Source: Candidatus Omnitrophota bacterium
Lineage (GTDB): Bacteria; Omnitrophota; Gorgyraeia; Gygaellales; Profunditerraquicolaceae
Length of the DNA stretch: 64,000 nt
Direction: 5' to 3'
Assembly: GCA_043814315.1 (NCBI GenBank)
Contig: JBDRKE010000024.1
Location: forward strand, 4,680-68,679
Shown here: piece after piece, positions 55,910 through 64,000 of the stretch
How positions within the stretch are numbered: the first letter of the stretch is position 1
How the letters are laid out: each line of letters starts with the position of its first letter
Position numbers and translations under genes: made by a program
The notes under the pieces: generated by a model
What the model saw: only the letters and a program-made list of their open reading frames with translations
What the model was told of the DNA's origin: nothing
Databases searched by the model: none

Positions 55910-56698
55910 TCACCACCCCATCATCTCTGCAACTTTTTTCTTGATGTCTAGCGCCTCCATAAAGGCTTCGCCAATCAACACAGCGCTGACTCCCAGAATC
56001 TTCAGAAATAACACATCTTGATAACTCTTGATCCCGCTTTCTACGACCACGATTCTTTCCTTCGGAATTAAGGGAAAAAGCTTCTGCGTAGTCTTGAAAT
56101 CCACTTCCAGCGTATGGAGGTTACGATTATTTATGCCGATTAGGGCCACATCCAGGTTCAAGACTTTTTTTAACTCCTTTTCGGTATGGACCTCCACCAG
56201 GCACTCCATTCCCAGGCCAGAGGCAATCTGTAAAAACTCGGATATTTTGTCTTTCGTTAATAAATCCGCGATCAACAGGATGGCATCTGCTCCAAAAAGG
56301 CGCGATTCATAAATCTGATACGCCTCCAGGATAAAATCTTTTCTTAAGATGGGAGCCTCAACCCAATTCTTAACTTCGTTGATATAGGAAAGGCTCCCCC
56401 CAAAATAATCTTCTTCAGTTAATACGGATATCGCCTGCACCATGGTCTCCTGGTAAGCCTTGGCAATCTCCTGATGATTAAAATCCTGGCGGATAACGCC
56501 ACGGGAGGGAGACTGTCTTTTTATCTCGGCGATAAGGGAAATCGTGCGGGGCTTATGGATCGCTTCTCTAAAAGGCCTGGTTGGCGACAGATTGGCTAAT
56601 TTCGCCTTCACATCTTCTTCGGGAAGATTCTCTTTGGCTAAAGCGATCCTCTCCTTTTTCTTCTGAATGATCTCCTTAAGGATATCCACCTTTTTCAT
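55910..56698 (-). CDS. trpC: indole-3-glycerol phosphate synthase
   Basis: 262 aa with IAEIKRQSPS and LVEVH motifs. Confidence 0.9.
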   Translation of the reverse strand: MKKVDILKEIIQKKKERIALAKENLPEEDVKAKLANLSPTRPFREAIHKPRTISLIAEIKRQSPSRGVIRQDFNHQEIAKAYQETMVQAISVLTEEDYFGGSLSYINEVKNWVEAPILRKDFILEAYQIYESRLFGADAILLIADLLTKDKISEFLQIASGLGMECLVEVHTEKELKKVLNLDVALIGINNRNLHTLEVDFKTTQKLFPLIPKERIVVVESGIKSYQDVLFLKILGVSAVLIGEAFMEALDIKKKVAEMMGW

Positions 56699-57705
56699 CT
56701 TAAAGAATACTCCTTCAGTAATTCCAGTTTCTCATAAGCCTTTTTAGAATCAATAGACTCCCTGGCTAACTCTAGGCCCTCTTGGATGGAACGGGCTTTA
56801 TCCGCAACGTATATGGCAGCTGCGGCATTGAATAAAACAATCTCCCGTCTTGGCCCTGGCTCTCCTTTTAAGATCCCAGTTAATATTTTGGCATTATCCA
56901 CGGCTGTTCCACCTAACAGATCTTCCCGCCTGGCTTTCTTGAATCCGAACTCCTCAGGAGTAATCTGGTAATTCTTGATTGTGCCTTTATGTTCCTCCCA
57001 GACGTGGGTCGCTGCGGTCGTGCTTATCTCATCCAGGCCGTCTTCGCCGTGGATAACGAGGGCGTGCACCGAACCCAAGTACCCCAACACCTCTGCAAGG
57101 ACATGGGCCCAGCGTTTATCAAAAACACCAATCAATTGATGTGTGGCTCCTGCGGGATTCGTCAAGGGACCAAGAATATTGAACAGGGTCCTTTTTCCTA
57201 TCTGCTTTCTTGCCGGCATGGCATATTTCATGGCCGGATGCAGATTTTGAGCAAACAAAAAGGCAATACCGATCTCATCTAAACACTTCTCTATTTTTTC
57301 CTTGCCCATAAGGATATCGATGCCTAAGGCCTCCAGGATGTCGGCGCTTCCGCAGCAACTGGAGACGGAACGATTTCCGTGTTTGGCCACGGCGATTCCG
57401 CTGCCGGCAGCCACAAACGCAACAGCCGTAGAGACATTAAACAAGCCTGATTGATCGCCTCCGGTACCACAGGTATCCAGAATCACCTCGTGCCTTGTAT
57501 GTATACGGGTAGAGTACCGGCGCATGATTTTAGCCGCTACCGTCAATTCTTCTGCCGTCTCGCCTTTGTTGCTTAAGAGGGTCAGGAAAGAAACAATATC
57601 CCGGGTGTCGACTTTTCCGGTCATAATCTCTTCCATGGCCAGCTGCATAAGCTCACTGCTTAAATTTTGACCTTTTGATAATGGACCTATGATTTTCTGG
57701 ATCAT
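56695..57705 (-). CDS. trpD: anthranilate phosphoribosyltransferase
   Basis: 336 aa with the [13 protein letters not shown] motif. Confidence 0.9.
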   Translation of the reverse strand: MIQKIIGPLSKGQNLSSELMQLAMEEIMTGKVDTRDIVSFLTLLSNKGETAEELTVAAKIMRRYSTRIHTRHEVILDTCGTGGDQSGLFNVSTAVAFVAAGSGIAVAKHGNRSVSSCCGSADILEALGIDILMGKEKIEKCLDEIGIAFLFAQNLHPAMKYAMPARKQIGKRTLFNILGPLTNPAGATHQLIGVFDKRWAHVLAEVLGYLGSVHALVIHGEDGLDEISTTAATHVWEEHKGTIKNYQITPEEFGFKKARREDLLGGTAVDNAKILTGILKGEPGPRREIVLFNAAAAIYVADKARSIQEGLELARESIDSKKAYEKLELLKEYSLR

Positions 57706-58265
57706 TCTCTCAAAAAGTTGGCTAAAATATCCAAACCGGCCTTGGTTAAAATAGATTCAGGATGAAATTGTACGCCCCAGAGAGGATATTTCTTATGCCT
57801 TAACCCCATGATTTCTTTTTCCCGCGTCCAGGCGGTTATCTCCAGGCAATCCGCAAGCCCCTTTCTTTCCACTATCAAAGAATGGTACCGCGTAGCCTCA
57901 AAGGGATTGGCAATGCCCTTAAAAATATTCCTGCCATTATGATAAATGCGTGAAATCTTTCCATGCATAAGTCTTTTTGCGCTGACAATGCGTGCCCCAT
58001 AAACGAACCCTAAGCATTGATGCCCAAGACATACGCCCAATAGCGGGACTTTTCCGGCGAATTCCCTTATGCAATCGCAAGAAATACCCGCATCCTCCGG
58101 ACGTCCGGGCCCGGGAGAAATAACGATTCTTTGTGGCTTAAGGCTTTTCATTTTTTCCAAAGTCACTTTGTCGTTTCTAAAAACCTTCACCTCCTGGCCT
58201 AAGATTCTCAAATACTGGACCAGATTGAAGGTAAACGAATCGTAATTATCGATCATTAATATCAT
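57702..58265 (-). CDS. trpG: anthranilate synthase component II (glutamine amidotransferase, TrpG/PabA)
   Basis: 187 aa with GVCLGHQ and FHPES triad motifs. Confidence 0.85.
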   Translation of the reverse strand: MILMIDNYDSFTFNLVQYLRILGQEVKVFRNDKVTLEKMKSLKPQRIVISPGPGRPEDAGISCDCIREFAGKVPLLGVCLGHQCLGFVYGARIVSAKRLMHGKISRIYHNGRNIFKGIANPFEATRYHSLIVERKGLADCLEITAWTREKEIMGLRHKKYPLWGVQFHPESILTKAGLDILANFLRE

Positions 58266-58282
58266 ATGGACTTACCCTTTTT

Positions 58283-58408
58283 AAAATTCAAATACCAAAG
58301 CACAAAATCCAAAATAAACTCAAAGCACAAAATCTAAAACTAAAAAGGTTTGTTTAGAATTTTTGATTTTGGATTTGTTTTGTGCTTTGGATTTTGTCAT
58401 TTGAATTT
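58283..58408. repeat. LC-family hairpin (copy R5) in the murA-trpG spacer
   Basis: The arm aaattcaaataccaaagcacaaaatccaaaataaa... faces ...ggatttgttttgtgctttggattttgtcatttgaattt. There is an internal ~26-nt direct duplication. Confidence 0.7.
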
Positions 58409-58411
58409 ACA

Positions 58412-59674
58412 TTATTCTTTTTCCCTCCAGATCTTGGCCCCTAATCTTCGTAATTTTTCATCGATGTTTTCATATCCGCGCTCCAGATGGTAAATCCTAG
58501 ATACGGTAGTTTTCCCGAGAGCTGCCAGACCTGCCAATATAAGACATGCGGAAGCGCGTAAATCCGAGGCCATCACCGGTGCGCCGGACAACCTCTTGAC
58601 GCCCCCGACAATGGCATGCGGCCCTTCTCTTTGAATATGGGCACCCATACGATTAAGCTCGGCAACATGCATGAACCTATCCGGATAAACCTTCTCCGTA
58701 ATGACACTGATGCCTTGCGTTACGCTCATCAAAGCCATAACCTGTGCTTGCATATCCGTAGGAAAACCGGGATAGGGCAATGTCGTGACGTTCACGGGCT
58801 TTAGTTTCTTTTTGGCACGTACGCGCACAGAACTATCCGTTCTATTGATGCCAGCACCTGCTTCTTCCAACTTGTCTATAAGGGCTCCCAGATGATGGAA
58901 AAGGACATTTTTGATGAAAATGTCTCCCCGCGTAATCAAAGCTGCAATCATCAAGGTACCTGCCTCTATTCTATCGGGGATGATGGCGTGTGCGGCTCCA
59001 TGCAAGTGCCTGACACCTTCTATTTCTATGATAGGTGTGCCATGGCCTTTTATTTTAGCTCCCATCTTAATCAAAAATTCCGCTAAATCTACAACCTCCG
59101 GCTCGCAGGCCGCGGATTCAATGAGCGTCTTACCCTGCGCCAAGACCGCTGCCATCATCACATTATCTGTTGCTAAAACCGATGACCCATAAATCCCGCC
59201 CAGATAGATGTGATTGCCTTTGAGTCTATCTGCCTTTGCCACGACATAACCTGAATCGACATCAACCTCAGCACCTAGAGCTTTTAATCCTTTGATATGC
59301 AAATCCACAGGCCTAATCCCTATGACGCATCCGCCCGGAAGAGAAACTTTGGCTTTCTTAAATTTTGCAAGAAGCGGGCCTAAGACACAGAAGGAAGCAC
59401 GCATGGTAGAAACGAGCTTATAATCGGCGATGCAATTTGCGCTTCTGCCCGACATTACGCTAATGATGCCTTTGTCAAATTCAACGGCCTTTCCCAAAGA
59501 GCGCAAGATCTTAACCATGGTGCCGGTATCCCGCAGATGAGGCACGCCCTTAATGACACAGGCATCATCGGTCAATAAAGTTGCCGCTAAAATGGGAAGC
59601 ACGGCATTCTTGGCACCTGATACCGTCACCTCTCCCGATAATCTCACGCCCCCTTCTATCATCAGTTTATCCAT
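58412..59674 (-). CDS. murA: UDP-N-acetylglucosamine 1-carboxyvinyltransferase
   Basis: 420 aa starting MDKLMIEGG..L.GEV.VSGAKNA, with an active-site region around PGGC. Confidence 0.95.
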   Translation of the reverse strand: MDKLMIEGGVRLSGEVTVSGAKNAVLPILAATLLTDDACVIKGVPHLRDTGTMVKILRSLGKAVEFDKGIISVMSGRSANCIADYKLVSTMRASFCVLGPLLAKFKKAKVSLPGGCVIGIRPVDLHIKGLKALGAEVDVDSGYVVAKADRLKGNHIYLGGIYGSSVLATDNVMMAAVLAQGKTLIESAACEPEVVDLAEFLIKMGAKIKGHGTPIIEIEGVRHLHGAAHAIIPDRIEAGTLMIAALITRGDIFIKNVLFHHLGALIDKLEEAGAGINRTDSSVRVRAKKKLKPVNVTTLPYPGFPTDMQAQVMALMSVTQGISVITEKVYPDRFMHVAELNRMGAHIQREGPHAIVGGVKRLSGAPVMASDLRASACLILAGLAALGKTTVSRIYHLERGYENIDEKLRRLGAKIWREKE

Positions 59675-59702
59675 CTTTAATCACCTCAATATGATTACTC
59701 CA

Positions 59703-59917
59703 GAAATTCCAAATCACAAATCCCAAATCGCAAACAAATCCCAATACCGAAATCCCAATGTCCGAAATAAAAGATTTATTTCGGAATTTTGCAAATTGGC
59801 ACTTCGACTACGCTTGAACGCCAATGGTGAGCGGAGTCCTGAGCCTGTCGAAGGGCGAAGCCGAACCATTGGAATTTATAATTTGTTTGTAATTTGTGTA
59901 TTGGGATTTGGGATTTT
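59703..59917. repeat. LC-family hairpin (copy R6) with a nested NW module and a small inner hairpin
   Basis: The arm gaaattccaaatcacaaatcccaaatcgcaaacaaatccc... faces aatttataatttgtttgtaatttgtgtattgggatttgggattttt. The inner hairpin is tccgaaataaa/tttatttcgga (59761-59785). Confidence 0.7.
59798..59872. repeat. NW module copy 2 (with a 24-nt insertion at 59839-59862)
   Basis: ggcacttcgactacgcttgaacgccaatggtgagcggagtc[ctgagcctgtcgaagggcgaagcc]gaaccattgg, compared with 7620-7670. Confidence 0.75.
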
Positions 59918-60694
59918 TCTTGCTACTATGACTCTATCTATATGATTATAATCCTTAACGACTTCTATAATTTCTAGGCATCCTGAGTTCTCGAATAGTT
60001 TTCTTATGGGCCCTAATTGGTTATAACCCATCTCCAAAACCAAGAAGCCTTCTCTTTCTAAATAACCCGCAGCCACGCTTATAATCCGGCGGTAGAAATC
60101 CATCCCCTCTCTGCCTCCGTCCAAGGCTATCTGAGGCTCATAGCTAATCTCCGGCTGCAAAGTAGCAATTTCATCCGTGGGGATGTAGGGAGGATTGGAA
60201 ATGATAAGTTCATAGTTCATAGTTTGCAGTTCAGAGTTATTGAATAAATCGCTGCATAAAAAATTGATTTTTGCATTATTTATTACCGCATTCTGCTTTG
60301 CTATTCTTATCGCGCTCTCTGAAATATCTGTAGCTGTTATATTTGTATTTGGTAAAAATTTTGCTACACTCACTGCGATGCATCCTGAACCTGTCCCCAG
60401 ATCTAGAATACTCCGAGCTCCGATCCCCGAACTCCGAACTAAATTTATTACCGTCTCCACCAAAATCTCCGTTTCGGGCCTGGGGATGAAGACGTCTTGG
60501 TTCACTTTAAATTTCAAACCCATGAATTCCGTCTTGCCTAAAATATACTGCAGCGGCTCTCCCCGGATTCTTCTTTTTAATACGGATGCCGCCAAAGACG
60601 CTTTATCTTTATCTAAACAGAAGCGTTTGTTTTGATACAGGTCAACTCTCTCATAATCCAATATCTCTGTAAAGAGAAGTTCAGCTTCGTTCAT
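59876..60694 (-). CDS. prmC: peptide chain release factor N5-glutamine methyltransferase
   Basis: 272 aa with DLGTGSG and NPPY motifs. The C-terminal tail KIPNPNTQITNKL is encoded by the R6 arm. Confidence 0.9.
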   Translation of the reverse strand: MNEAELLFTEILDYERVDLYQNKRFCLDKDKASLAASVLKRRIRGEPLQYILGKTEFMGLKFKVNQDVFIPRPETEILVETVINLVRSSGIGARSILDLGTGSGCIAVSVAKFLPNTNITATDISESAIRIAKQNAVINNAKINFLCSDLFNNSELQTMNYELIISNPPYIPTDEIATLQPEISYEPQIALDGGREGMDFYRRIISVAAGYLEREGFLVLEMGYNQLGPIRKLFENSGCLEIIEVVKDYNHIDRVIVARKIPNPNTQITNKL

Positions 60695-61764
60695 GTCTTT
60701 TGTTCGCCTTGTCGCGCTCTTTCTTCTTGAGCCTTGATAAGGGCATCCGATAGTCCATCCAGCTCTCCCTCAAGAACAGCCTCTAATTTGTGCAGGGTAA
60801 AATTGATGCGGTGGTCGGTGACTCTACGATCGGGGAAATTATACGTGCGGATTTTTTCGCTGCGGTCACCTGTACCAATCTGAGATTTCCGTGCCTGAGA
60901 AAGCTTCTTAGATTCCTGTTCCCTTTTCATGTCCAGCAACTTTGCGCCCAGGATCCTCATGGCCTTAAGTTTATTTTTAAGCTGAGAACGCTCATCCTGA
61001 CAGGCGATCACAACGCCCGTGGGGATATGCGTAATTCTGACGGCAGAGTCGGTTTTTTGCATGTGCTGGCCGCCGGGGCCGCTGGACCTATATGTGTCTA
61101 TCCTCAAATCTTTCGCATCGATAACCAGATCGGACTGTTGTGGTTCTACAAGCACAGCAACCGTTGCCGTAGAGGTGTGGATCCTGCCTTGAGCCTCCGT
61201 AACGGGAACGCGCTGCACGCGATGGACTCCGCTTTCAAATTTAAGTCTTCTGTACGCGTCTTTTCCTTTAACGCTAAAAATAACCTCTTTCAACCCCCCT
61301 GCCTCATTGGAGTTGGAAGACATGGACTCTACGGCCCAGCCTTTATTAGTGGCGTATTTGACATACATCCGGTAAAGGTCTGCGGCAAACAATCCCGCCT
61401 CATCTCCGCCTGTGCCTTGCCTTACCTCTACAATAACATCTCTTCCGGCATCAAGATCCTCCCCGGCTAAGGCAACCCTCAACTGCTCTTCTAAATTTGA
61501 CTTCCTGGCTTCTAAATCCTGGAGTTCTTTTTTGGCTAAATCACCAAATTCTTTATCATGCTTTTCTTTAAGCACAACCGTCCAGTCCTCCATCTCTTTA
61601 GCGGTCCTTTTATATTCCCTGAATAGGGATACGGAGTCTTTCAGATCCGACAGCTCTTTGGCCAACTTATTATATTTTGCTTTTTCAGAAATGACTTCAG
61701 GAGAAGCCAAAAGCTGCTCTAACTCCCCATAGCGCTGTTCTGACTTCTGTAACTGCTCAAACAT
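60691..61764 (-). CDS. prfA: peptide chain release factor 1
   Basis: 357 aa with GGQ (SGPGGQHMQKT) and a PxT-region pattern. Confidence 0.95.
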   Translation of the reverse strand: MFEQLQKSEQRYGELEQLLASPEVISEKAKYNKLAKELSDLKDSVSLFREYKRTAKEMEDWTVVLKEKHDKEFGDLAKKELQDLEARKSNLEEQLRVALAGEDLDAGRDVIVEVRQGTGGDEAGLFAADLYRMYVKYATNKGWAVESMSSNSNEAGGLKEVIFSVKGKDAYRRLKFESGVHRVQRVPVTEAQGRIHTSTATVAVLVEPQQSDLVIDAKDLRIDTYRSSGPGGQHMQKTDSAVRITHIPTGVVIACQDERSQLKNKLKAMRILGAKLLDMKREQESKKLSQARKSQIGTGDRSEKIRTYNFPDRRVTDHRINFTLHKLEAVLEGELDGLSDALIKAQEERARQGEQKT

Positions 61765-61767
61765 AAC

Positions 61768-61998
61768 TTAAAGAACGTCTCTTAAATTTTCACTAACCTT
61801 CTTTTTCCCGTATTTTTTCATAAATTTATCCACCCGGCCCGCAGAATCCACGAATTTCTGTTTCCCCGTAAAGAACGGATGGCATTTAGAGCATATCTCG
61901 ACGCGAATACTCGGTTTAGTGGAACGGGTATGAATGGTCTCTCCGCAAGCGCAGACAATCGTGCAAACTTTATAGTCCGGATGAATCTTGTCTTTCAT
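61768..61998 (-). CDS. rpmE: 50S ribosomal protein L31 (Cys-containing type)
   Basis: MKDKIHPDY...[10 protein letters not shown], preceded by the SD aaggagag. Confidence 0.95.
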   Translation of the reverse strand: MKDKIHPDYKVCTIVCACGETIHTRSTKPSIRVEICSKCHPFFTGKQKFVDSAGRVDKFMKKYGKKKVSENLRDVL

Positions 61999-62011
61999 TT
62001 TCTTCTCTCCT

Positions 62012-62082
62012 TAATTTGCCCGCTATAGCGGGTCAGCAAATTAATCCCGAGCTTCTTTCTATTCGTGGTTTGAAGCGAGGGA
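62012..62082 (-). promoter_or_regulatory. L-motif copy 1 (two-hairpin leader motif) directly upstream of the rpmE SD
   Basis: Hairpin A spans 62045-62082 (tcccgag-cttc...gaag-cgaggga) and hairpin B 62019-62032 (cccgctatagcggg). caaatt and the SD follow on the sense strand. Confidence 0.55.
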
Positions 62083-62139
62083 TATCCCTCGTCCCAAGCA
62101 CTCATTGTATTTTTACTTGTTTGCGCAAGGGACTCGGGA

Positions 62140-62195
62140 TAAGTTCGGACATAAATTTACGTTCACTTTCGTTCCGTAAATTTAGTCCTCACTTA
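62140..62195. repeat. H3 module, minimal copy F, starting at the rho stop codon
   Basis: taagttcggacataaatttacg-ttcactttcgttc-cgtaaatttagtcctcactta. It has the same ends as H3 in copy D but lacks the 48-nt nested insert. Confidence 0.8.
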
Positions 62196-63449
62196 CTGGT
62201 TCATACTGTTCAAAAACTCTTCATTATTCTTTGTTTTAGAAAGCTTCTCAATCAAAAGCTCCATCGCCTCCACATTGTTAAGCTCATTCAAGACCTTCCT
62301 TAAGATCCAGATCTTCTGTAATTGTTCCTGTTTAACCAGTAATTCCTCGTGTCTCGTATTGGAACGTTTGATATCCATAGCAGGGTAGATCCTGCGTTGG
62401 AATAAATTTCTGTCCAGTTGCAATTCCATGTTTCCTGTGCCTTTGAATTCTTCGAAAATCACGTCATCCATGCGGCTTCCCGTTTCTACGAGAGCCGTAG
62501 CGATGATCGTCAGGCTCCCTCCTTCTTCAATGGCGCGCGCTGCACCAAAAAATCTTTTCGGTTTTTGAAGGGCATTGGAATCAATTCCACCTGAGAGAAC
62601 CTTGCCGCTGTGCGGTATAACGGAGTTATACGCCCGCGCCAGGCGCGTGATGCTATCCAAAAGCACCACCACATCCCTCTTATGCTCAACGAGCCTCTTT
62701 GCCTTTTCCAGAACTATCTCGGCAACCTGTACATGACGCTCAGGCGGTTCGTCAAACGTAGAAGATATAACCTCCCCCTTAACGTTTCTCTGCATATCGG
62801 TAACTTCCTCCGGACGTTCGTCTATCAGAAGCACGATTAATATCACATCCGGCGTATTGGCAGTTATGGCATTGGCGATTTTCTGCAAAAGCACGGTCTT
62901 GCCGCTGTAAGGCTGGGCGACGATCAAGCCTCTTTGCCCCTTTCCTATGGGCGTGAGTAAGCTCATCACCCGCATTGACACCTCTTCCGGCTTTGTCTCT
63001 AGATTAAAAGGCAGGCGCGGATAAACCGGAGTCAAATTATCGAACAAAACCTTTTCTTTGGCCTCCTCGGGATTCTCAAAATTCACCGCTTCGACTTTAA
63101 GCAAGGCAAAATATTTCTCCCCTTCTTTAGGCGGCCTGATCTGGCCGCTGACCGTATCCCCTGTCCTTAAATCAAATTTCCTTATCTGCGAGGGGGAGAT
63201 ATAGATGTCGTCCGGACAGGGCAGGTAATTATAATTCGGGCTCCTCAAGAATCCGAATCCTTCGGGCAAAATCTCTAAAATCCCTTCGCCGAACATCAGC
63301 CCCTCTTTTTCCGCCTGGGCCTGAAGAACTTTAAAAATGAGATCCTGTTTCTTGAGCCCGCTTGTGCCGTTTACATGAAGCTCCCTCGCCAATTTATTAA
63401 GCTCGGTGATTTTCATGTCTTTTAAGTTTCCGATGTCTAATTTTTCCAC
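62193..63449 (-). CDS. rho: transcription termination factor Rho
   Basis: 418 aa with an N-terminal RNA-binding domain and a RecA-type ATPase with Walker A (GKTVLLQ). The start is GTG, 5 nt after the SD gaggagg. Confidence 0.95.
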   Translation of the reverse strand: MEKLDIGNLKDMKITELNKLARELHVNGTSGLKKQDLIFKVLQAQAEKEGLMFGEGILEILPEGFGFLRSPNYNYLPCPDDIYISPSQIRKFDLRTGDTVSGQIRPPKEGEKYFALLKVEAVNFENPEEAKEKVLFDNLTPVYPRLPFNLETKPEEVSMRVMSLLTPIGKGQRGLIVAQPYSGKTVLLQKIANAITANTPDVILIVLLIDERPEEVTDMQRNVKGEVISSTFDEPPERHVQVAEIVLEKAKRLVEHKRDVVVLLDSITRLARAYNSVIPHSGKVLSGGIDSNALQKPKRFFGAARAIEEGGSLTIIATALVETGSRMDDVIFEEFKGTGNMELQLDRNLFQRRIYPAMDIKRSNTRHEELLVKQEQLQKIWILRKVLNELNNVEAMELLIEKLSKTKNNEEFLNSMNQ

Positions 63450-63461
63450 CTTACCCTCCTC

Positions 63462-63531
63462 AATTTTCCCGCATTCTACGGGTTAAAAATTGATCCCGAG
63501 TATCCAGCTATTGCTTCTGTGATACGAGGGA
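63462..63531 (-). promoter_or_regulatory. L-motif copy 2, directly upstream of the rho SD
   Basis: Hairpin A spans 63494-63531 (tcccgag-tatc...gata-cgaggga) and hairpin B 63468-63482 (cccgcattctacggg). Confidence 0.55.
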
Positions 63532-63605
63532 CTAATTTTCCTGCTTTTTACTGGTCAGCAAATTATCCTAAAGCATCCATCATTCCCTTACATGATGCGT
63601 AGGAT

Positions 63606-63673
63606 ATAATTTTCCCGCATTCTACGGGCCTGCAGATCCCGAGCACCGTCTATTGCTTATCAGGTGCGAGGGA
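63606..63673 (-). promoter_or_regulatory. L-motif copy 3, distal part of the rho leader, overlapping the coaE stop
   Basis: Hairpin A spans 63637-63673 (tcccgag-cacc...ggtg-cgaggga) and hairpin B 63614-63628. The coaE stop codon lies in the hairpin A loop. Confidence 0.55.
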
Positions 63674-64000
63674 CAAGTTCAGCCTTTTCCAAATATCCTT
63701 TACCTGTCTTTTTGTTTTTTTCAGACTACCGTTGTTATCTATGATAAAATCCGCCAACCGTATCTTTTGGGATTGGGAGATCTGACTCTTTACCCTGCCT
63801 AACACGCTCTTAAAACTCAGGCAATCTCTTTTCTTTATTCTTTCTAACTGTTTGGCCTTGGCGATCTTTACAACCGCCAGCTCCTCAACGATAGTTTTTA
63901 ATCCCGCCTCCAGCAAGAGCGGGGCGTCCAAAATAACAACCTTTGACCGAGAAAGCTCTATCTTTTTTTTAATGATTCTGATGATCGGGGGGTGTAAAAT
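63650..64000 (-). CDS. coaE: dephospho-CoA kinase, C-terminal part (open at window end)
   Basis: ...VVILDAPLLLEAGL... is the CoaE pattern. The frame stays open to the window edge. Confidence 0.8.
   Translation of the reverse strand: MLHPPIIRIIKKKIELSRSKVVILDAPLLLEAGLKTIVEELAVVKIAKAKQLERIKKRDCLSFKSVLGRVKSQISQSQKIRLADFIIDNNGSLKKTKRQVKDIWKRLNLSLAPDKQ

Noticed and set aside
58283-58408. The repetitive intergenic hairpins were considered as CRISPR-like arrays.
   Set aside because: There are no regularly spaced identical direct repeats with unique spacers and no cas genes. The repeats are inverted low-complexity arms.

Overview
This looks like a chromosomal backbone segment of a moderately AT-rich bacterium that resembles an uncultivated lineage. 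The gene order and repeat style remind me of groundwater MAG lineages, but I cannot verify taxonomy without a search. I count roughly 65-70 genes, and all but three are on the minus strand.

Gene content:
- A complete dcw cluster: mraZ-rsmH-ftsL-ftsI-murE-murF-mraY-murD-ftsW-murG-(secreted HExxH peptidase)-murC-murB-ddl-ftsQ-ftsA.
- A ribF/nrnA/rbfA/DUF503/cca/xerD block, then ligA and tRNA-Pro(CGG).
- An FMN-riboswitch-controlled riboflavin operon: ribBA-ribH-nusB-PHP-ribD-ribE.
- pgsA/pgpA/rimO/rodZ-like/ftsK/pnp/rpsO.
- A UvrD-nuclease fusion, rpmB, recJ, argS and rsfS.
- trpGDCFBA without trpE, then murA, prmC-prfA-rpmE, rho and coaE.

I saw no CRISPR array, transposase, phage genes or recognisable defence genes.

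The unusual part is the non-coding DNA. Most of the longer intergenic gaps are filled by members of several dispersed, nested palindromic module families:
1. A composite H1/H2/H3 element runs exactly from a stop codon to the next start codon. It lies in the ribH-nusB gap, the ribD-ribE gap and the mraZ leader, and an H3-only copy follows the rho stop.
2. Two of these modules also form the oversized peripheral hairpins of the FMN riboswitch itself.
3. A two-hairpin motif with compensatory stem changes sits in front of the rho and rpmE ribosome binding sites.
4. Long hairpins with A/C-rich versus G/T-rich low-complexity arms (LC family) sit between dcw, trp and murA genes. They carry smaller nested modules.
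5. A 'caagatcgggtcttg' hairpin family (K) occurs three times.
6. 'cctgcctgccggcaggcagg' palindromes occur at several sites.

Repeat arms run into several gene 3' ends, and one seems to have been recruited as a lipoprotein signal peptide. All calls come from reading the sequence and the ORF track. No database search or folding program was run.
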